Below, one piece after another: positions 29,001 to 42,100 of a stretch of DNA of 64,000 nucleotides. Source of the DNA: a virus. The first letter of the stretch is position 1. Every line of letters begins with the position of its first letter. A program made the position numbers and the translations under genes. Below the pieces are notes generated by a model. The model was given only the letters and a program-made list of their open reading frames with translations. It was not told where the DNA came from and did not search any database. The stretch lies in the IMG/VR virus record IMGVR_UViG_3300042886_000261, positions 32,001 to 96,000 of that record; one strand, 5' to 3'.

Positions 29001-29333
29001 AAACATGTTAATAGAATTAATACCTTCTAGATGTCTAAATTCATCAGTTAATTTTTTTTGTCTTTCTTCTTTTGCTGTTTGATTAATTAATTTTTGACCT
29101 TGAAGTATTTTTAATTGTTTTTCTAAATGCACCCAAATTTTATCTACCATAGTAGATATATCATCTTTTTTTACTTCAGAAGTATCAGCTAATTCAACAT
29201 CAGGTATATAATTTAAATCTTTATTTAAATCAAAACCCTGTCTAATCCACTCTTCTTCAGCTCTAGTATCATTACCATTTGCTTCATTAAGTATTTTTAT
29301 ATACTCCTTACTGGTTTTAATTGGGCAATACAT
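26016..29333 (-). CDS. Large virion/ejected protein (last of the RNAP-associated block), with C-terminal TM helix
   Basis: 1105 aa; hydrophobic VIIFGTTAFIMLLMHAF followed by DDDDE; position typical of crAss-like large cargo genes. Confidence 0.7.
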   Translation of the reverse strand: MYCPIKTSKEYIKILNEANGNDTRAEEEWIRQGFDLNKDLNYIPDVELADTSEVKKDDISTMVDKIWVHLEKQLKILQGQKLINQTAKEERQKKLTDEFRHLEGINSINMFVKDSYDKALEIEKLMKAIINKKDDGTDKFKKDRIVELTNLNTFANSYNILDEISKADIYSFFTAKEGEEEVSEKTGKTIREMLTDAISIRKAVKEQYIKQGIPLMASFLLNYKSLSIDDAINKELVELVKKLEAEKTSAKPNDKKIKAITERIAKFQSFTQTQESMEELLKFASRDEGALEFWFGPLISNEDASLGLFAKAIKTEFEGARQLDIDIAKLAGKQFTKYKDSQSESRDTPAKFNEGLYEELISHGKNNNGEPTITKRMAFVQKYDINKYNEAQNKLYSATKLGPNPTDAEIIANSNFEANKSTILRDWYAKNAQKKSDEEIDKILLEKNKLVNNGIWNQEDYDKWHKSVLQIKKDGTKIYMKEFSEPADMYLNKKWEALYDKNDKPKNAKGEYHSFLLNLYLDAQEKVPDAQKRGYILPSIHKRSIERSSIKSVIKDKIKDVTSIRGDETDFNLSNLADEGAKFIPVYYTQDMDADEVSLDLIRSVELYSQMANKYEAVNNISAETSMFKAIIGDREVAETNSKGVAVLDSLANKLGIKSNIKKQGEANSKRHVDAFINMQLYNEMQNAEILGNYSMGKLTNLALGYSAITSIAADLLKGMANNLQGNIQLIIEANSSEFFSKKDLRKGKLYYAKNLTSFLSDFGKPTAESLVGNLVNHYDALQGNYKDQYGKNVSGSVFAKLMRTDTLFFNQHFGEHEIQVSAMFALMEATKVTDTNTGETISLLEAYTKYGLEEIEKNTDFTNKKKLDLQDRIHAISKKLHGVYNEFDKGTAQRYSVGRLAIMYRKHLLPGYKRRWGRLKADQELGAVTEGYYMTFYNTMLKDLSKMKLNMMQNWSTYTPFEKAQIKRVMAETVIIFGTTAFIMLLMHAFGDDDDEKKGYAYNFMLYELSRMQSETAAYISPQDAYRTVKSPSAMVSTVERMTKFVSQFFLTWDPEKLNYQRKEGVWNKGDNKSWAYFLKLMGFSGYNFTPEAAVKSFKSTLLK

Positions 29334-29351
29334 ATTGTTTAGAATTTTTAA

Positions 29352-30137
29352 TTAACACAAATTTTTAAGTACTTTAACCATTATTTTGACTAACTGAGAT
29401 TCAGTAGTAATTACTTCTAATTCATCAAATATATCATTAATGTCAATACCTTTATAAGCAAGTTGTTCTTCTGTAAATAGATTTAACATAGTATCATTTA
29501 CAAAAGAATTATATGCTTTTTGATCATATGGCTTTAAAGATACTGGTTCTTTTACTAATTCCATGGTATCCAGATTAATATTTTTTAATAATATTATTTT
29601 ACCTGATAGATCTGTTATATCATATGTACCAGTAATATTATTTAAAATAGCTTTTGAGCCACCAATTATAACTGATCTTGGTTTTTTACCAGTTTTTTCA
29701 AGTTCTTTTTTATACTCAGTTTGAATTGGATATTCTTCCTCAACCTCTACAATATCTTCTACTTCTGGTATAAAGATATCTTCCTTGTTTTCTTGATCAA
29801 ATAAAGCTTCATCATCATTATAAAAACTAGTATCTTTTTCATCAAAATCTTTTTCATCAAAATCTCTTTCACCAGACATTATTGCTAGTTCTTCTTCTAT
29901 ATCTAATTGAGCATCATATTTCTCATCAACAACACTATCAAGAACTTTTTCAGAGATATTTATTATAACTCTATCTTTATCAATAGTACTTTTACTAGCT
30001 AAATTAGAATACTTATCATTAATATCTTTTATGATTCTTTTAGCATTAAAATCACTATGGGTAGTATTTCTATACCCACCTAATTTGTCATCAATTTCCT
30101 TATTTAAATCTTCTTTAATTTGTATTTTACAAGCCAT
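29352..30137 (-). CDS. Acidic 261-aa protein with Cys at both termini (putative linker cargo)
   Basis: MAC... ...KNLC*. Confidence 0.7.
   Translation of the reverse strand: MACKIQIKEDLNKEIDDKLGGYRNTTHSDFNAKRIIKDINDKYSNLASKSTIDKDRVIINISEKVLDSVVDEKYDAQLDIEEELAIMSGERDFDEKDFDEKDTSFYNDDEALFDQENKEDIFIPEVEDIVEVEEEYPIQTEYKKELEKTGKKPRSVIIGGSKAILNNITGTYDITDLSGKIILLKNINLDTMELVKEPVSLKPYDQKAYNSFVNDTMLNLFTEEQLAYKGIDINDIFDELEVITTESQLVKIMVKVLKNLC
29832..29865. repeat. 15-bp tandem repeat (DFDEK x2)
   Basis: ATCTTTTTCATCAAA x2. Confidence 0.8.
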
Positions 30138-30147
30138 GATATTATTA

Positions 30148-33100
30148 TTAACAAGATTTTTTATAAAGTGAAGCTGCTTCTAATATTCTTTTTTTAGTTA
30201 AAGGATCAGATACTGTTTCTTTAGCTAAGTTAGTTGTTCCTGAACCTAATATAGTATTATCTGAAAGTACATAGTAATTAAATTTAGTAGCTGGATCAGT
30301 AGACACTCTTAATGTACCATCTTGTAATTCTTTTCTAATATACACTTTATTTTTAATAGTTTGCTCAGTTAATTCTTTACCATTACCAAAATATATTTTA
30401 CCATCTGGTTTAATTGTAAAAGTATATTGATCTACTTTTATATTTCTTTCTTCTGGTTCAGATTTTTTAACTATAACTTCTCCAGTTTGTCCATCAGGAA
30501 CTTCTTCTTGTAGTTGTTTTACTATTGGTGCAACATTAGAAACATCAGATGCTTTATTAGTATAAACATAATCCATTTTAGATGTTCTACTTAAACCAAC
30601 ATATCTTAACATATTTCTTTCATTACCGTATGGTTTACCATTATAACTAATAATTTTATTATTAGCTGGGTTATCCATATTTTCATAATCTACAAATACA
30701 TTATCATATGTAGAACCTTGAGCTTTATGTGCTGTTACAGCATAACCATAATCAATATTTTTACTAAAAAATGCTTTAATATTTAATTTTTCATATTGTG
30801 ATGTACCATCTGCTTCTATTTTAAATAACTCAGGTCTTTCTTTTTTAAGAATTGACATTGTAGTAGGCTCATTTTCAAATAATAGTACATCATCTGGGAA
30901 TTGATATTTACTAAATAATGCATCTAATTCTGAACTAGCTTTAGCTCTAAATTTCCAAGCAATAGTATTATTATTAATAGCTTTTTTTACATCTAAAAAT
31001 TGCATTAATATATTTAAATTATTAGAATCACGTGGATTTATAATAAAAACTTTTTGAGGTTTTAATAATTGAGGACTGTGTGTTTTTATTAACTCAGTAT
31101 CACTTTCATTAAAAACTCTTTTAACTTCTATATTCCATCCAGAAAGTTTTCCTTTAATAATATGTGTTGTATTTAAAATACGCTCATTATATAATGAAAC
31201 TTCTTTTGATTCTTGATACTCATTACTTATTACAGTATAATCTTGTCCATTATTAATTATACTATCAGCACTTGATTGCTCATATCCCATAAGAGTTGAT
31301 CCTACACCATATGATTCATCAATATTCATACTTGAAAAAATTTGTTGATTATAAAGAGCAACAGATATATTTGAGTATGTAATTATTTTAGCATATGCTG
31401 GATCTTTTTTATACTCTTCTGAAGTAAAAGCATCAAACATTTTATTTTTAAATTCAGTTTTATCTTTTATAAAGTTAACACCTTCACCTTCACTATTTAT
31501 TTCTGTATCAAAATTAAAATTTTCATTTATGTCTAACATATTATTTCTAACACCAGTAATAATTTTTAAAACAGGGTTATCTTCTTTTTGTCTCATGATT
31601 TCTGTTAACTCATATCCTTCATTATCTTTAGTGTATGTTAATGCTGGACTTAATGAACTATTTCCTACAGGAGGTAACTGAGCAGGATCACCCATGAATA
31701 TTACTGTAGTGTTTTCATCTTGTGCTAAATCATAAATATCTTTATAATCAGAATTATCAATCATAGATGACTCATCTATTATTAAAATTCCATTACTTGG
31801 TACTGCATGATTAGGGCCTGGTTGAAAAACACCATTAATTTTACGTTTATTTAAAAGTTTAGCAGTTGTTATAGGTTTTTTAGTAACACCTCCTCTAATT
31901 AATTGTACTAATAAATTTATAGATGCTTTATGTGTAGGAGCTGCATATACTATTTCTTTCATACCTCTATGTTTAGTATTTACATAAAGTTGAATAAATT
32001 TAGCTATTGTACTTTTACCAGTACCCGCATAACCTTTTAAAACAAATTTTGTATTTTTATTATTAATGGCATCAATTGCTAATTGTAAAGCTGTTTTTTG
32101 TTGATCATTTAATCTTATAATTCCTGTTTTAATTTCAACACCATCACTGAATGTAAAAGTATTATTAAATGATACTGGTTCTCTTTTTTTAATTACAGTT
32201 TCTATTTTAACTACTGGAGCTTCACTTACTGTAACATTTTGTTGTTGAGTAGTAGCTTTAAATGTATTAGTATATACATCTCTAATAGCTTGTTTTGCAG
32301 CAGCTTCTACTTCAGGTCCTTTATACTGAGCTCTAGGTACCCATTTACCATCTTTTTGTACATTGTAATTTTCTATATCTCTAGAACCTACACCAGCAAA
32401 GTTTTTAGTAAGTGCTGGTGTGCTTATTTCTTTCCAACCATTATAATCCCACTCTTGTTTAGTTTTATCATAACCTTTATCAAGGTATTCTTTATCTTGA
32501 GTGTACCATTTTTGGGTATCTAAATCAAATACATATACTGGTTTACCCATTTTTATACCTAACTGGACAGCAGTATTTGTTCCACCCATAACTTCAGGTT
32601 TTGTAGTAGGTTTTATTTCAGCAACAGCAAATACAGCATCTGCATTAGCTACTTGATAATAATTTCTTACTTGTAAATTTCCTTGTAAAGTATCTGGGTA
32701 GCTTTCTCCAAGTAATCTCTCTACTTCAGTACGGGCTTTATCCATTTGTTCTTTAGTAAGAACTGTAGCTTTAACACCTGCATTTCTAAGTTTTTGAGAT
32801 AAATTTGGATTACCTGCATCTTTATAATGTCTTTGATCAGTAACACCAAACTCTCTACCTATTGTATCCCAGTATGTATCTCCACCATATGCTCCACCAG
32901 AATGATTAGTGTATTCTGATGCAGCAACACTAGTAGATGGTTGAGTAGTAGGTATATTATATTCATTAATGTCAGCATACCATTTACCAACTTTATAGTT
33001 TGCATAATTTACAGTATCAAATTGTTCATATAGTTTAATACCATCTCTGTTGTACTCATTGTACTGCTTTCTTTTTTTAACAAAGTTGCCTTTATTTGTA

Positions 33101-36100
33101 GGCTCCGAAAACTCAATATAAATACCATGATTACCAACCATTAATCTACTTATTGTAGGTTCAAGTTGTTTAAGCACATCTTTATTTTCTACAGTTAATG
33201 TTGAATTATCTGAACCTAATGTTATTTTTCCTAGTTGTGGGTAATCAGTGTTTAATTTTTGAATATAAACATTTCTAATTTGTTTATTAATTTCTTCTAT
33301 TTCAGAAACACTTTTTGTTTTTTCAAGATCTCTTATAAATTGTTGATAATAACCCGTTTCTACATATTTCCTAAATTTATTATACCATTCTGTATCAACA
33401 CTAGTAGATGGTTGATCAGTAGCTTTAAATATAATTGAATCATCAATGTAATTATTTACATTAGGGTCATTAGCAATCATCATAGCTGCAATTTTATCAA
33501 AAGTAGATGTATTCATCTTATTAGAAATAAATTCTCTAGATGCTGGTTCTACTATTTCAAAATATGTAGTATCAGGAAGAACATAACTAAGACCATATTT
33601 AGTATTACCTACTCCATTCTGTAAAATAGATATAAGTGGTAATATTTTAAACATGTCTGATATTTTTTTATTCTTAACTGGATCTTTTACTTTAATAACA
33701 TTTTCATCAGCAAGATCAATTAAGTTTTGATGATAACTATCAGCTAGTGCTCCTTTTACTACAGGTTTATTATTTAATGTTAATACAGATATCTGACCTT
33801 TAATTGTAAGTTTTTTAGTTTTAGCATCAAATACCTGATCTTTAATTGAGAAATTTTTAGAATTATATATATTTACCGGTACATCAGTAATTTGTTCTAG
33901 TACTGAATACAATTCTTTTAAGTGACTGTTTTCACTTATCATACTCATGAACCTAGTTACATATGCTTGGTGATTTAAAGTACTAAATAATTCTGGTACA
34001 CCTGGGAATGGTTCTTTAGTAGTTATTATCTCATTTAATCTGTTTTGATAAATATAATTTACCATTGCTTGTTTAAATGATGTGATAAAATTAGTTATAC
34101 CATCTGCTCCTTCACCAAATTTAAGTGGAATATTATTATTTTTAATATAATTAAGTAAATAAGTAGATACTCTTTTATCATCTGTTAAAGGAAATATAGG
34201 TTCTACTAAATCTTGAGTAATAACATTATCAAAGAAAGATCCTAATATAGACTCTTTTCTTAATTTTCTTACTAGGTCTTGATCTATTTTAGATGACTCA
34301 GATAAAATATCTAAACCAATTTTTCTTTGCATGATCTCCTGTATGGTTTTAGAAGTAGCTGTATCAGGATTTGACTGTCTTTTAAGATCAGCCATATCTT
34401 TTATTTGTTTTTCATACTCTAAATAATGTAAAAATATTGCAATAGCTTTTGGACTTGTAGTATCATTAGTAGTCATTGTACCTTTTAAATCCGCTGTTGT
34501 AAATTTATCCATACCTTCAGTTGCTGCAAGTACAACATCTTTATAATTTGGAGTAGACATTGGGTGATAATATTCATTAGTAGGATCAGCAATTATACTT
34601 TTAAATAATGGGCCAGTTTCAGAACTGTTAATTAATTCAATATCATTTATATTAACTTTATCAGCTTTTACATCTGCAATTAAGCTTTTTAATGTTGTAT
34701 CATATGATTTATCAATACCAGATAGTTTTACTGATACCTTAGCTTCTTTATTATAACCTTTTATTGCATTATTTAATCTTGTTCTATTTGCTTTATAAAT
34801 ACTTTCTGAGATATTAGTTTGTTTTAATACATTTAGAAGTGCATTATATTTTTTATTTTCATCAGATAATGTTTCTTTACCAGTAAGATTTGCATATGTA
34901 CTAGCATATAGTCTTTGTTGATTTGCATATTCTCTTACTAGTGGTTGAGATATAAAATAAACGGCATCTCTTTTTGGTACACCAGCTTTAAGTAAATTCA
35001 ATAACATTGGTATAAGTTCTTTATTAGCTTGAATAAAGAAGATCCATGCATCTTTCTCAACATCTACAGAACCATTCATTAAGTGTGAAAATAAATCTGC
35101 TATTTTATCTTGGCCATCTGCACTATTAATACCTGATAAAGAAATTCTTCCATCTTCAGTTTTATTATGATCAAGTAATAATCTCATTTCATAGATTATA
35201 CTTTTATCATCTTCATATTTTTTAGTCTTTGGATTTTTAACTGAGCCATAATATGTTTTTGGTAGAGCAGCACCTAATGCTGTATACAATGGATGTAATG
35301 CATTTTCAAGAGCAATAATACCTAATACATCTTTCCCTGTCATATTAGCTTCATGCTTATGTAAGTTATAACCTACTTCAAATACATTTGTTGGACTAAT
35401 AGTTTTATATCTTCCATATTCAGGTGAAGACTTTACTAAGTCATCTGCAATATCTTTCATTAAGTAAGTTTCATTTGGTCTTACTAATGTAGCATAATTA
35501 TCAGGTAGTTGTAATATACCTCTGATAGAATCAATTAATCTATTTTCAATTGCTTTTTTCTGTAATGCAATTAATTTAACTACTTGAGCTTTATCACCTT
35601 TAGATTCTGCATTTGCAATTAATTTTTTTAATGTTTCCTCAGATATATTAGATGTTACATAATTACCATTTTCATCTATATTAGGCATGAATGTAGTAAG
35701 CTTATCAACATCATAATCTGCTCCTGATTTAGCAACAATTTCTGATGGAGGAATAATAATAGAACCTGCAGCAGGATTTAAAAATTCATATACTTCCATA
35801 AATTCCATAGAGTTCATTCCTTGTACAGGGATCCTTACAGCTGATAAAGTAACAGATTTACGGTTATTATCTTTATTTAACCACTCATCATCTTTAATTA
35901 ATTCATTTAATCTTTTTCTTGTACCTATTTCTATACCATCAAGATCTTTAAGTTTTAAAAGATTTTTAAAATCTCCTTGTAATGCAATAGCAACTTTCAT
36001 TGCAGATGTATTACCATTCTCACCTGGATTATAGAAAGGTAAGTTATTAGTACCTAAGTATTTTTCTATTTCTGCAACTTGAGCTTTCTCAAATTTAAAA

Positions 36101-39100
36101 CCTGAATCCCATAATCCATTAGTCATTGAACTAGCAACTTGTACTAATGCTTCACCTTTTACTTTTTGTTTTACTATTCTTTTCTCAACAAGTGATGTTA
36201 TCATTTTTTCAATATCTCCTGAGAGCATGTGTAATGATAAATCTTTTGTTAAAACATTATTAGAACCAACTTGAATATAGTCAATTAAATGTTCTGGTAA
36301 ATCCTTTCTAGTAAGTTCTCTTTGAACTACATCCATGAATTTAGTTAAATCACCACTAACATATTTACCATCTTTATATTCATAACCAATTTCATTTAAT
36401 AATTCAATTTTTAATATTTCAGTATTAGCATTTACAGCATCTTCATAAGCTTTAATAAATGGTGCATTGTCATCATTTACAATTTTACCATTTTTATATA
36501 AACCTTCAAGAATAAGTTTTCTTAACTGAGTAGCAAATATTGTTTTACCTTTTAATTTAATTGGAACAGCTGTAACATTTTTAAGATATGCTAAGTATAT
36601 TGTATTTGGGGTAAACTTAATATCTGACTTTAATGTTTTTTGAGCACCGTTATCATCATATATTTGATCTGCTACTGCTTTACCATCTTTATCTAATTGA
36701 GATGTTATACTACCTACTTTAGAACCAGTTTGGAATGTAGCATACTGTATATTACTTTTCATCATTTGATGATGTAATGACTCTAAATCAGAACCAACAA
36801 TAAGTGATGGAATTAATGGCATTAATGCAAATTTATGCATTGCATTAACTGGTAATGGTGTATTAGCTAAATGACCAAAATGTTGTAATTTATATACAGG
36901 AAAAATTTGTGTTATATCTTCAGTATTAACTTCTTTACCACTAATTACTTTTTGGAATAAATCTTCTTGTTCAGATGACCAGTTCTTTTCAGCAAGTCTT
37001 AATAGACGGTATGCATCAATAGTTATATAACCTTGACCATCACCTTCTTCCATTTCTTTATATGGTTTTAATTCTTTCTTTAATCTATAATCAATTTCTG
37101 ATTGAGATAATCCTCTGTTTTTATAATCTTCCCTTAAACCTTTTTCAATATTTTTAATATATACTGAACTTCTTTTAACTTCCTGCATGATAGCAGTGTT
37201 ATAAGTTTTACTGTAATTAAATGGAGCATACTCACTACCAAATTCATCCATAGTTGCTAGCTTAGCACCATATGATGTATTTTTAATTGTGTAACTATTT
37301 AAAAAGTCTTGAGTATAAATATCATCCATGAATCCTCTACCACCTGAAGTAGAACCTGGATTTCTTTTATGTAACTCTTGTTTAGCATGATTATACTGTA
37401 CAATATCACCATATATTAAACTAGCAGTCTCAAAATTATGAATCCATGCATTCATTGTATGTGCTTTAATAAGCATTGTTTCTTCAGCATCAGTTGATAA
37501 TTCAAACTTTTTTAAACTATTTGTTAATGCTGGGTCAATCCATTTAGATTTCTGAAAATCTTTCTTGTTATCAGCAGACTGTCTTTCAAAATATGCACTT
37601 ACTTGCTCAGTTATATCTTTTTTTAATTTAGGATCTGATTCTAAATAATCAAGTAATTTACCATTTTTTACTTTCTCAATTATTTCTTCTTTAGTATCTT
37701 TAGTTAATATATTATCAAATGCAGTAAAGAATTCACCAGCTATTCCAATAACAGTTTCACCATCAGCAGATTTAATTTCTCTATTATAACCTACATATTT
37801 TTTATACTCTTCTTTATTAGTTCTTATTTTTTGTATTCTAATTAACTCAGCTTGAATATAACCTAAGAATATATTATCAACAGCATATTGATCAGCATCT
37901 CCTCCTGGTTTAAATTTATCTATATCAACATATAAATTTTTTAAATTAGTAGACTTCATACCAAATGATGATGATTTAGAAGCATGTCTCATAAATTCTT
38001 GAAAACCTGATTTTAACATCATGTTTAATTCTTGAATATATTTACTATGAACATCAAGAGATGTAGTATTAGCACCATCAACATTAACTATTTGAGTACC
38101 AGATACCATTACAAGATCTAACTTAGCATCTCCTTTTCTTGCCCATGTATTTTCTTCAACTTTAAATATAGTTTTAAGTAATTGTGATTGCTCAGTAAAA
38201 CCGTTTATCAATGGATTAAGATAACTCATATAGCTATATGTTGGATCCATCCATAAATCTCTACCATTTTTAACATTATTAATGGCATCAACTTGCATAG
38301 TAACAGTACTATCTTCTGTAAATTCATTTACAAGTTTTTTCTCTGCATTTAGTACACTAAAACTTGCATAATTATTACCAAATTTACTTTGTAATCTTGC
38401 TAAATTTTGTATTACAGATTTTTCACTTGTGGTTTTTTTATATATACCTGCAGGCATTTTACCATATAATGCATCAATAGGATTATCTATGAATTTTTTA
38501 ATAAATGCTTTTTGCTCATCATTAGTAAGTTTTGGATCTTTATTTAATGTATGAACTGATTTTGCAATTTCATATAAATAAAAAACACCATAATCTTTAG
38601 CACCTAATTCATCCTTAATACTCTTTAAATCTTGTAAACCAACACCTAATGCATTAACAAATTCAATTTGTTGTGCAGGTAAATCAACAGATGCAGCAGT
38701 AGGAAAAGCTTTAATTAATTCATCAAGTTTTAATGTTGACTTATTATTTTCAGCTTTACTAATATATTTAGTTTCTGCAGATGAATTAAAAGCACTTTTA
38801 AAACTATTTATAACATTTTTAAATTCAATTGAAGCATCAGTTACTTCAGATTTATAATCACCTGTTTCTTCATCTTTATCAACTGTTAATTGAACATATC
38901 TTATTAAAGGTTTTTTAAAATCTTGCCAAAATGCTGCTTTGATATTAAATTCTTGTAATGTTTTAATATTTGTAGGATCTGGAAATTTTTTATTTACTAA
39001 TTGTCCTAATTCTGGATAGAAAGGTACAGCAGCTTGAAGCTTAAGATACATTTCAACTGGATTCTTTTCACCTCCAATTACTTTAGTAACTGTATTCCAT

Positions 39101-42100
39101 ATTTTACTAAAGTCAACTAATTCTGGAAAACCTAATGGTCCTTCTACTTCTTTACCATCAACTATTTTAAATAGACTTTTTAAAATATAAAGAGTCTCTT
39201 TTTCAGCTAATTGCATTAATGATTTTTTACCTACTTCTTTATTTGAAAATATTTCTGTTTCTTGAGCTTCTTCAGAAGCAGTTGTATCTCCTTCTATTTC
39301 AGTTTCTTCTTCATCTATTTCAATATACTTTTGCTTAATTAAATCAAATGTACTATGTTCTTTATGAAACTCTAATATATTATCCCAATTAGCAATTGCT
39401 GTTTCTAGTATTCTTATTTTATTATTTAATAAACTTCTTTTATTAAAATCTTCTTGAGCAGTAGCTTCTAGTTCTGTTTTAAATTTAACAAGTTTTTCAT
39501 TAAATCTTCTTTTAGTTCTAGCATAAGCTTCTATTTTATTTTTTTCAATTGTTAATATTTGAATAGTTCCAGTTTTATTTACTGTTACTAGATTTCCTGC
39601 TGAATCTTTAACATTATTAATGCTTTGAGCAAGTCTACCATCATATGTTTCATCAATAATTTTTGATAATACAGAATCAATTTGATTAGATACTTTAAGA
39701 CTATCTTGATAATTTAAAACAAGTTCTTTTGTTTCAGTATTAAATACACCTCTTGCTCTATTAAGCTTGTTAAACATATGGTTATCAACAAGTGGAGTAT
39801 ACTTGTTTAAAAGCTTAGGGTTTTTACTTGCAAAAAATAATTTTTCAAATAAATTTTCTTGAATAGATCTTTTACCAAATAATGCTTTAATAAAATTCCA
39901 TATTCTTCTGAATATAGTATTTCTTATAGGAGCATCACCTACAGCTTTAGGATCTTTAGCATACTCTCTAAAATCTTCAGCAATAATTTCTTCTACTTCT
40001 TCTGGAGAAAGTTCATAATTATTTAATCTTTTTCTAGTTTCAGCATATAACTTAGTCTTTTGTTTTTTAGTTAAGTATAATTGAGAAAATGCATGCCAAG
40101 CTTCATGGTATAAATCTACAGCAGAACTACCAGTAGCTGTATCTAATTGTATTGAAACATCTGATAATCTTTTACCTGCTATAATAAATCTTGCATAAAC
40201 ATCAGAGTTAACAATGTTAGCCATGTGTTCAAGCTTAATAAGTTTAGATAAAGGAGAATTATCCCACCACTCTTTAGCAGCAGTAATTTCTTCTTGAGTA
40301 ACATTATTAGGTAACTTAGAAGATCTATCTAATTCAAATGGTATATCACTTTCTTCATCAGGTTGATCAACTTTATCTGGATTAATAATTACTTCATCTT
40401 TTTTAGCTGCTTCTTGTTGTGGAGTACCAGGTGCTTTAGTAACTTTTGGTTTTAAAGTAAAATCCTTTTCACTTACTTGACCTATTTTTTTATCTCCTTT
40501 GTATATTGAAACTACATTATTTTTTGGCTCACCTTTGTTTGTAATTATATCATTAACTATAAAAGTTACAGGATCATTTGAATTTATGTCATTTGATGAT
40601 ATACCTGGTTCATATCTACCTTCCACTGTTACACCATCTACTTTCATTAAAAATGTAGCATTTGTTTTAGACATACCACTTAATATAGTACCAGATAAAT
40701 CTTTATTAACTTTTAATTTAAGAACAAGATCATCTTTAGCTGCTTTAATTTTATCTACAGTAGAAGATTTTACTTCTTCTTTAACTTTTTCTGTTTCAGC
40801 AATAAAATCTTTATCTATTCTAAATTGAAAGTATGGATTATTTACTGCATCACCTTTGTTAGTTTTTTTATCAGCAGGATTTAAAATTTTTAAGTCTAAT
40901 GATAAAAGAAAGTCCTTATAATCTACAGCATTAAATTTACCAGTATTACGGTTATAATTATAAAATGTTTTACTACCAGCAAGTATTTCTTTATTATAAC
41001 CCATAGTAGTTGCATATGTCAAAGTTTTTGCATTAATCCCTTGATTTTCATATGTAACTGTGCTTTCATTTAATAAATTATCAATTATAATTTGTTCAAC
41101 TTTTGGATCTGTAAAATCTTTTATTGGTATTAATAATTGTTTATTTTTTATTGGATCTGGTCTATATCCTCCAGTAAGTGTACCAGTAACATCATTATAA
41201 TTTACAAATAGTTTTCTTGTTGATTGAGCATTAATAGTATTATGAGTAAATTGTAAATAAAAATCATTTTTCTGTTTATTATTTAATTTAGGATTTACTA
41301 ATACAGCAGCAATTTGATTTATATATTCTTCAGGTAAATTAGTTCTATCAATTGTATAATTAACATCATTTATAAGTATTTCAGCAGTAAATGTTCTTGG
41401 ATTAATTTTAATATTTAATTTATTTTCTGGTGTTTTAGTTGCAGTAAGTAATTTTTTTAAAGTTGGATTTTCTTTATTAAAGAAAATATCAACAATACCA
41501 GCACTTATATCTGTTATATTTAATAACTTAGGTTCACCACCACGTACTTCATCTCTTAAGTCTTGTAATTCTTTAAAACTACTTTGTTGTTTATTATCAA
41601 CTAACTCAAGAAAGTCTTCATATGTTGTACCCTGATCAATTAACCATTTCTTATATGACTCCATACTCATTTCTTTTTTATGAGCATCTTTTTCAATTAA
41701 TTCTGCAGGTGAAATAATTCTATCTTCTAGACCATATATATCTGTAACTCTTAATTTATCAGAATTTTTTTCAGATCTTACATCTCTTAAAAATTGATAT
41801 ACAGGTTTACCACCATCTTCTTTAGATACTATAGAACCTTCTTCATCAAAATGTAATGTATTTCCATCCACATCTGATAAAACTAATACAACAATATCTT
41901 TAGCTTGAGTAACATTTGGATCTTCTATTTTATCTTTTACCATACTATTACTTCTAATAATATGTGCAACAGTAGTTGCATCTAATGTCTCTTCACCATT
42001 AAGACTTAATAACATTTTAGGTCTAAGTTTAATAACTTTACCTTGATAAATTAATTCAGGTCCACCTTCTTTTCTTACACCTTTTTCTTTAATGGTTCTT

